This document shows positions 8,929 to 15,553 of a DNA stretch of 15,553 bases, piece after piece (the first letter of the stretch is position 1; each line of letters opens with the position of its first letter). The DNA is from Octopus sinensis (lineage: Eukaryota). Both the position numbers and the translations under genes were made by a program. Location of the stretch: NCBI RefSeq assembly GCF_006345805.1, contig NW_021825568.1:1-15553 (forward strand), written 5' to 3'. The notes under the pieces are model-generated. The model saw nothing but the letters and a program-made list of their open reading frames with translations. It made no database searches and was not told the origin of the DNA.

Positions 8929-8945
8929 ATATTATATATATAATA
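8830..8945. repeat. (TA)n microsatellite
   Basis: Direct inspection. Confidence 0.95.
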
Positions 8946-9169
8946 TACGGATTTTTGTCGGTTGGGAATGGAAAATGCAATGTTCCAGCAAGTACATTGG
9001 TACTCTGTTTATTGATTTTACTGTTTTTACATATATACTTACTTATATTCGCACACGCACATACACGCACGTCCGCACACAAACACACACAAACACACAG
9101 ACAAGACGACAGACAGACAGATAGACACACACACGCAAATAGCTGAATAGATAGCCATATAGATAGATA

Positions 9170-9258
9170 TTATACACATATATAACATATATGTATGTAT
9201 AAACATAATATGTGCATATGTCCTCTCTCTCTCTCTGTATATATATATATGTATATAT

Positions 9259-9337
<79 letters not shown>
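9170..9337. repeat. Degenerate (TA)n microsatellite
   Basis: Direct inspection. Confidence 0.93.
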
Positions 9338-9338
<1 letters not shown>

Positions 9339-9481
9339 TACGGAGATGTACTCGCATAGCAAGTAATTTGATCTGAGATCGTGTGCTGAAACGAAAACAA
9401 TTGCAGTGTGGAAGGTGTTTAATAAGCCATTTAAGAAACACACAAAAGCCGTTCGATTCACTTCAACATTTAAGTTTAATT

Positions 9482-9527
9482 TGTCAAAATATTTTCGTCG
9501 CTAAAATCCGCGACCTGTTCACTGACA
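9482..9527 (-). ncRNA. Type I hammerhead motif with G3:C8 swapped core
   Basis: UGUCA-GUGAACA (9522-9516)-G-GUCGC-8nt-GCGAC-GAA-AAUAUU-U-UGACA. Perfect 5-bp stems I and II; palindromic stem III. Confidence 0.7.
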
Positions 9528-9540
9528 AAACCATGCTGCA

Positions 9541-9586
9541 TCTCAGTGAACAGGTCGCGGATTTTAGCGACGAAAATATTTTGACA
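9541..9586 (+). ncRNA. Type I hammerhead motif with G3:C8 swapped core, inverted copy
   Basis: UCUCA-GUGAACA (9546-9552)-G-GUCGC-8nt-GCGAC-GAA-AAUAUU-U-UGACA. Stem I has one C.C mismatch. Confidence 0.65.
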
Positions 9587-9664
9587 AATTAAACTTAAAT
9601 GTTGAAGTGAATCGAACGGCTTTTGTGTGTTTCTTAAATGGCTTATAAACACCTTCCACATATT

Positions 9665-9669
9665 CATAT

Positions 9670-9747
<78 letters not shown>

Positions 9748-9837
9748 AATATATTATATATATATAATATATACACATTCCATACATACAGCATACTGAC
9801 AGACATTCAGACAGACAGACAGATCAGACAGAAGGGC

Positions 9838-9902
<65 letters not shown>
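9665..9902. repeat. (TA)n followed by (GACA)n/(GATA)n
   Basis: Direct inspection. Confidence 0.95.
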
Positions 9903-9903
<1 letters not shown>

Positions 9904-9943
9904 GGTCATCTATATATAGCAGTGGTGGATAAAACCATATTTC

Positions 9944-9975
9944 CTAGATGATGTCTAATAAGACCGAAACACGTC
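9944..9975 (+). ncRNA. Decayed hammerhead-like motif
   Basis: CUAGAUGA (one base inserted versus CUGAUGA)-U-GUCU-AAUA-AGAC-C-GAA-ACACGU-C. Stem I is not recoverable. Confidence 0.4.
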
Positions 9976-10203
9976 AAGAGCTGATATTCTCCTGCCAACA
10001 TGAAACTCACCCGTCATTATATTACCCACACTGCTTTTAATTCAGCTTAACAAATCACCGCTTCGGGCGTGCAGTGTCGTTGAAGTGTAAGGGCAAAATA
10101 TCTTGGGTTACTTATTCCGGTTGCTTTCCGTGTGAGTTCAGTTGTTACCGCAGTCAATTTTACCTTTTTATCTTTCGAGTTTCAATAAAATAAGGTACGA
10201 AGA

Positions 10204-10530
10204 CAGCGAGCTGGGAGAATCGTTAGCACGCCGGACAAAATGCTTAATGGCATTTCGTTCGTCTTTACGTTCTGCGTTCAAATTCCGCCGAGGTCGACTT
10301 TGCCTTTCATCCTTTCGGGGTCGATAAATTAAGCACCAGTTAAGCACTGGGGTCGATGTAATCGACTTAATACCTATGTCTGTCTTTGTTTGTCCCCTCT
10401 GTGTTTAGCCCCTTGTGGGTAATAAAGAAATAGAAATAGGTATTTCGTTCGTCTTTACGTTCTGCGTTCAAATTCCGCCGAAGTTGACTTTGCCTTTCAA
10501 CATTTTGGGGGTCGATAAACAAAGTACCAG
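10204..10530 (+). mobile_element. SINE family C, full copy plus head-to-tail partial second unit
   Basis: Head at 10204, tail AAAGAAATAGAAATAGG ending at 10440; 10441-10530 then repeats ~10251-10339 with several substitutions. Confidence 0.9.
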
Positions 10531-10574
10531 CCTAGAACTGTGGACTGGCTGAATCATTTACGTATCAGGTATAC

Positions 10575-10787
10575 TGGCAAAACGCTGGTCCTCTAAATGG
10601 AAACCTTACCTGCCATGGTGGTTTTGTGACATGAAGTGAAGCAGGCTTTGCTGTCCACTCAAGAAAACGCATAGCAAATAATCCACATGCACTCAAGCAA
10701 ACTGAGCCCTCACATTCTTCCATTTGCCGAAAGATTTGCAAGGCACCAGTAGGCCTCATGAAACACACTCATGTCCATATAATATGA
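10575..10787 (+). pseudogene. Decayed LINE (RTE-like) ORF C-terminus with one C2H2 finger
   Basis: Frame from 10575 has one internal TGA and ends HSSICRKICKAPVGLMKHTHVHII*. This is C-x2-C-x12-H-x3-H spacing if TCT at 10716 was TGT. The RTE assignment is inferred. Confidence 0.5.
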
Positions 10788-10861
10788 TTAATGCTTTATT
10801 TTACTGAAACATCATTTGTCGTTCACGACACGATAATTTATCATCATATTATAAACGCGGC

Positions 10862-10978
10862 AAAGCTGTAAAGACAGTAGAGAAAGATTGGGTATTTTAC
10901 CCTTATAAGACGGCAAAAAGTTCTCAGCAGGCGGCTATGGAACTTTTTTCCGTCTTTCTCCGCTGTCTTTACGGCTTT
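10862..10978. repeat. Imperfect inverted repeat with a 23-nt insertion in the left arm
   Basis: 10862-10886 plus 10910-10923 pairs with 10940-10978; 16-nt loop. Confidence 0.75.
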
Positions 10979-11019
10979 ACAACGTTCGAAAATGTCTTTC
11001 TTGTCTGCAACATAAACAC

Positions 11020-11022
<3 letters not shown>

Positions 11023-11050
<28 letters not shown>

Positions 11051-11067
11051 CATACATGGTGGTCGAT

Positions 11068-11158
<91 letters not shown>

Positions 11159-11190
11159 TAGATAGATAGATAGAATGATAGACAGATACC
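11023..11190. repeat. (TACA)n and (GATA)n/(GACA)n microsatellites
   Basis: Direct inspection. Confidence 0.95.
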
Positions 11191-11198
11191 TCCTGTAT

Positions 11199-11510
11199 CT
11201 ACACTTTAGCACCATCATAGCATTTGAAGCGGCTTTTTAAACTAAACAATGTTCTGAAAAGACGCTCACAGAGATTGCATCTCTGATTTGGACCACCAAG
11301 AGCTGCAGGTAAGTTCTGCTCTTCGTGGATATTGAAATGTCTTTTGAGGCCTCCGTTGGATTTGCAAACCTCTGGCACACACTGCATTCGAAGGTGTGCA
11401 CAGACATATAGGAAGAATAATTGGTGGAGGTTCGTTTTCCATGCGCTCGCAGATGAGATTTGAAGCCAGCAAAAGACAGACATGGTCTGTCACAGACTAC
11501 ATTCACAAAA
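11199..11510 (-). pseudogene. Frameshifted triple C2H2 zinc-finger remnant, probably a LINE (RTE-like) ORF C-terminus
   Basis: Repairing frameshifts near 11498 and 11371 gives ECSVCDRPCLSFAGFKSHLRAH..FECSVCQKVCKSNGGLKRHFNIH..RCNLCERLFRTLFSLKSRFKCY..*. Each finger has C-x2-C-x12-H-x3-H spacing; in finger 3 both His codons are one transition away. Confidence 0.7.
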
Positions 11511-11637
11511 TTTTATTTGACAAGTTCTAGAAAGGAACGAAAGTGCTAATAATAACGAAGAAATAAAAGAATTCTTTCCAAAATTCTGACGACTTTTTTC
11601 TCAATATTCAATTTCTGTACATCACACTTAACACTCT

Positions 11638-11690
11638 ATACATACATACATACATACATACATACATACATACATACATACATACATACA

Positions 11691-11720
<30 letters not shown>
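11638..11720. repeat. (CATA)n microsatellite
   Basis: Direct inspection. Confidence 0.97.
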
Positions 11721-11721
<1 letters not shown>

Positions 11722-11733
11722 TCACACACACAC

Positions 11734-11850
11734 AGCGGTTCGGCTGAAGAGAAATCCAGAATAAGTACAACGGTCGATTCCTTTGACTAAAACTGTCTGT
11801 TCGAGGCTATGCCCCAGCATGGACACAGTCGCATGAGTGGAACAAGAAAA
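11734..11850 (+). mobile_element. Old, diverged SINE family A 3' fragment
   Basis: Retains AGCGGTTCGGC, AGAATAAGTAC, GGTCGAT, CCAGCATGG.CACAGTC and GAACAAG in family A order. Confidence 0.7.
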
Positions 11851-11859
11851 CGATGCAAG

Positions 11860-11909
<50 letters not shown>

Positions 11910-11953
11910 GGAACCTACTGTGGACAAGGTGCTGCGTGGCGTTCAATTATAAA

Positions 11954-12348
11954 TCTCTCTCTATTATAAAGTTGGAGTTGTCTGCGTATGTCAGGTTTGG
12001 TAGCCTTCAACTAACACTATCTCCTCCGAGACCCTGCGGCGCAAGTTGACCAAAATTGAGAGTATGATAGAAGAAGGCTTGCTCTTCCTTCTGTAGAAGA
12101 AAAAATTCAAATCGGACCACGTTAACACCAAAAATTATTTACATCAAAAAGGTGCTTTTTGTCTATGAAAATCCCTATTCTTTTACGATTTTTTGATTGC
12201 TGTGTCGCCATTTTTTCGGTGTATTTCAACCAGAAAAATGTTCACTTAAAGAGAATAACAAGCTACATAATGCAAAATTTTTACTTTTCAAAAATTCCAA
12301 TTCTAAAGGGTCGAAACAAACCCGTGCAACGCCGGGCGATACTGCTAG
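11954..12348 (+). mobile_element. Non-autonomous Helitron, 395 bp
   Basis: Begins TC after an A (TCTCTCTCTATTATAAAG), has a subterminal GC hairpin CCCG..CGGG (12321-12336), and ends CTAG before a T. These are the canonical Helitron termini and A|T target. Confidence 0.75.
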
Positions 12349-12509
12349 TAAATAAAAAAAAAATGAAAATTACACATTAAGTACAGGATATCACTAACGA
12401 GTGAAAAATATGTAAACACAAAAATACATACATTGTATATATAATATATATATATATATATAATGTAGGAACCTACTGTGGACAAGGCTGCGTGGCGTTC
12501 AATTATAAA

Positions 12510-12910
12510 TCTCTCTATATATAAAGTTGGAGTTGTCTGCGTATGTCAGGTTTGGTAGCCTTCAACTAAACTATATTCTCCGAAGACCCTGCGGCGCAAG
12601 TTGACCAAAATTGAGAGTATGATAGAAGAAGAAGGCTTGCTCTTCCTTCTGTAGAAGAAAAAATTCAAATCGGACCACGTTAACACCAAAAATTATTTAC
12701 ATCAAAAAGGTGCTTTTTGTCTATGAAAATCCCTATTCTTTTACGATTTTTTGATTGCTGTGTCGCCATTTTTTCGGTGTATGTCAACCAGAAAAATGTT
12801 CACTTAAAGAGAATAACAAGCTACATAATGCAAAATTTTTACTTTTCAAAAATTCCAATTTAAAGGGTCGAAACAAACCCGTGCAACGCCGGGCGGATCG
12901 ATACTGCTAG
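12510..12910 (+). mobile_element. Non-autonomous Helitron, second copy
   Basis: Same termini and the same flanks as 11954-12348. Confidence 0.75.
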
Positions 12911-12996
12911 TAAATAAAAAAAAAATGAAAATTACACATTAAGTAAAGGACATCACTAACGAGTGTGAAAATATGGAAACACAAAAAAATACATAC

Positions 12997-13031
<35 letters not shown>

Positions 13032-13038
13032 TATATAT

Positions 13039-13260
13039 ATATACTTTATTTGAAGCAGCAGAAAATTCAACAAAATCTGTTACTCTGAGTTTCTCGTTGC
13101 CGTAGCAAAAACTGTCTGATGAACGGCAACAGGAAACTCAGAGTAACAGATTTTGTTGAATTTTCTGCTGCTTTAAATAAAGCATATTACTCTACCACTG
13201 GTATTTGAGTACTCTTTTTTCCCACTGTTTCACCTTTATGTTTACCACTACTCCGGTATA
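13039..13260 (+). mobile_element. Fold-back element with 65-bp arms and an HHR-like motif at the turn
   Basis: 13039-13103 versus 13123-13187 match at 61/65 with a 19-bp spacer. The unique 3' extension to ~13260 ends at (TA)n. Confidence 0.85.
13111..13144 (+). ncRNA. Minimal hammerhead-like motif, stem II decayed
   Basis: ACUGU-CUGAUGA (13116-13122)-ACG-GCAA-CAG-GAA-ACU-C-AGAGU. Stem I is 4/5 paired. The left arm reads ACG-GCAA-CGA, consistent with an ancestral ACG/CGU stem and GNRA loop. Confidence 0.5.
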
Positions 13261-13499
13261 TATATATGATATATATATAATATATATATATATATTATAT
13301 GTGAATATCTGTGATTATCACACCATAAACACGCATACTCGCACACATCTAAACACTGATTTATATATACACACACACACACACATGCACATACACGCGC
13401 TCATAGATTATTTAATCACCTAATTTACAACATTTGCTGTTTTGGTAATGAATGCTACAATGTAGCTACTTAATGGTCCACCACGACTACCACAGTACA

Positions 13500-13665
13500 G
13501 GAAGCCGCCGCCGCCGCCATCAGCACAACCACCGCTACTAGCACCACCACCGCTACTAGCACCACCACCATCCACCACCACCACCACCACCACCATTACT
13601 ACTACTACTACTACTACTACTACTAGCACCACCACCATAACCACCACCACCACCACCACCACCAT

Positions 13666-13703
<38 letters not shown>

Positions 13704-13746
13704 GCACCACCACCATCATAACCACCACCACCACCACCACAACCAT

Positions 13747-13790
<44 letters not shown>

Positions 13791-13839
13791 GCACCACCAC
13801 CATCATAACCACCACCACCACCACCACCACCACCACCAT

Positions 13840-13881
<42 letters not shown>

Positions 13882-13966
13882 CACTACTACTACTACGACG
13901 ACCACCACCACCACGACCACCACGACCACCACCATTCCACTACTACTACTACACTACTACTACTAC

Positions 13967-13998
<32 letters not shown>

Positions 13999-14060
13999 TA
14001 GTAGTAGTAGTAGATCACTGCTGCTGCTACTATCAAATCCACTATTATATAACTACTACT
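13500..14060. repeat. Compound trinucleotide (CAC)n/(TAC)n/(TAG)n array with higher-order units
   Basis: TAGC-marked units start at 13557, 13624, 13702 and 13789. Confidence 0.95.
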
Positions 14061-14089
14061 TCAACCAAAGCACGCACATGTGTATAAAA

Positions 14090-14445
14090 ATAACTACACA
14101 CACATACACACATACACACTGTCACATACACACACACACAATTACATGGCCACACGCACACCACACACATACACACATGCACACGCCTATACGCATATAC
14201 ACTCAGACACGCGCATGCGCACGTTTTGTTCGCCCACGTAGAGAGAGACCAACGCGCAGACCTTCGTATACAGACCTTCGTATACTCACATACATCCGTA
14301 CATCCGTACGAGCCGTCCGACGCAGACGCATCCTACACACTCATACCCACACAATGTGTGTATGTGTGTGTGTGTGTGTGTATCTATCTATCTGTCTGTC
14401 TGTCTGTCTGTCTCGCTCTCTCTCTTTCTCTCTCTCTTCCTCTCT

Positions 14446-14489
<44 letters not shown>

Positions 14490-14598
14490 TCTATCTATCT
14501 ATCTATCTATCTTATCTATCTGTCTGTCTATTTATCTATCTATCTATCTATCTGTCTGTCTATCTATCTATCTATATATCTATCTATCTATCTGTCTG

Positions 14599-14629
<31 letters not shown>

Positions 14630-14652
14630 GTCTCTGTCTATCTATCTATCCA

Positions 14653-14708
<56 letters not shown>

Positions 14709-14774
14709 CTGTCTGTCTATCTATCTATCTATCTATCTATCTCTATATATTGATATATTATACTTATACGTACA

Positions 14775-14847
<73 letters not shown>

Positions 14848-14862
14848 ATATTATATATATAT

Positions 14863-14894
<32 letters not shown>

Positions 14895-15075
14895 GTATGT
14901 ATATTTACGTATACATACACACGCACACATACATTCGCACATACATACGCACACATACACAGATCACAAACCCTCTCGAACGACAAACTACAAACCTACA
15001 CCCACACACATTAAGAGAACCAAACTCGCTTATCAATCACATACACTCACAATCACATACACATACCTATACACA
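14090..15075. repeat. Compound microsatellite region: (CA)n, (TG)n, (TCTG)n, (TCTA)n, (TA)n
   Basis: Direct inspection; source of the 350-aa and 271-aa ORFs. Confidence 0.93.
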
Positions 15076-15298
15076 CCTGTCCAAGCATGCGCGCGTACGC
15101 GACGGTTCAGAGGTATACTCGCGCACATGAAGCAAAACGGATGCACAATAAGGCGCAAATGCGCACTCTAACGCCCACATATTAAGAAATACATCATAAT
15201 AGTTTGCTCCTCCGTCGTGTTCGACGATGACTGTTCGGGCAGCTCGATCAACTGAACTACCTGCTCGTTGAGTCAGCGCTTATGTGGCTGAGTATACC

Positions 15299-15532
15299 TA
15301 TTTCTTTACTACCCGCGCAAGGGGCTAAACACAGAGGGGACAAACAAGGACAGACAAACAGATTAAGTCGATTATATCGACCCCAGTTCGTAACTGGTAC
15401 TTAATTTATCGACCCCGAAAGGATGAAAGGCAAAGTCGACCTTGGCGGAATTTTAACTCAGAACGTAACGGCAGACGAAATACGGCTACGCATTTCGCCC
15501 GGGGTGCTAACGCTTCTGCCAGCTCGCCGCCT
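15299..15532 (-). mobile_element. SINE family C, full length, with target-site duplication
   Basis: Minus-strand head AGGCGGCGAGCTGGCAGAAGCG through tail TAAAGAAATA. Flanked by direct repeats GCTGAGTATACC at 15287-15298 and 15533-15544. Confidence 0.93.
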
Positions 15533-15553
15533 GCTGAGTATACCACAGACTTT

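Larger units (their letters stand above)
9338..9660. mobile_element. Family D element with fold-back duplication
   Basis: Element at 9338-9540. 9407-9525 and 9543-9660 are reverse complements differing by one base indel; the spacer is 17 bp. Confidence 0.9.
11908..13000 (+). repeat. Tandem duplication with 558-bp period, two copies
   Basis: TAGGAACCTACTGTGGACAAGG starts at 11908 and again at 12466; the copies stay colinear to the following TA tract. Confidence 0.95.

Noticed and set aside
11199-11506. Functional zinc-finger gene
   Set aside because: It needs two frameshift repairs and the third finger has lost both His ligands.
11586-11592. Isolated CTGACGA (also CTGAAGA at ~11744)
   Set aside because: No stem II, stem III or stem I; consistent with chance.
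13557-13871. CRISPR-like repeat-spacer array
   Set aside because: There are no unique spacers; it is a low-complexity eukaryotic repeat.
13420-13935. 171-aa poly-Val ORF (poly-Thr or poly-His on the other strand)
   Set aside because: It is a product of the CAC/TAC array; unit lengths include a non-multiple of three and there is no unique coding flank.
14257-14308. Short tandem duplications CAGACCTTCGTATA x2 and TACATCCG x2
   Set aside because: Ordinary slippage within a low-complexity region.

Overview
AT-rich, eukaryotic, repeat-saturated non-coding DNA. The SINE families and microsatellite mix look like an octopus genome; that is recognition, not a database result. I find no intact protein-coding gene, and nearly all listed ORFs are translations of microsatellites. 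The window holds: large (TA)n, (CA)n, (TATG)n, (GATA)n and (CAC/TAC)n tracts; at least three tRNA-derived SINE families; two copies of a ~400-bp non-autonomous Helitron inside a 558-bp tandem duplication; two decayed C2H2-finger-bearing LINE (RTE-like) 3' ends; and several fold-back elements. The main signal is about 13 type I hammerhead-ribozyme (HHR) folds on both strands, belonging to several unrelated short repeats. Most have short or palindromic stem III like the HHRs of Penelope-like elements (PLEs). Several sit in fold-backs where each HHR is preceded by its own antisense copy. One family carries a compensatory G3:C8 swap of the catalytic core, and the element 3' ends usually run into microsatellites.
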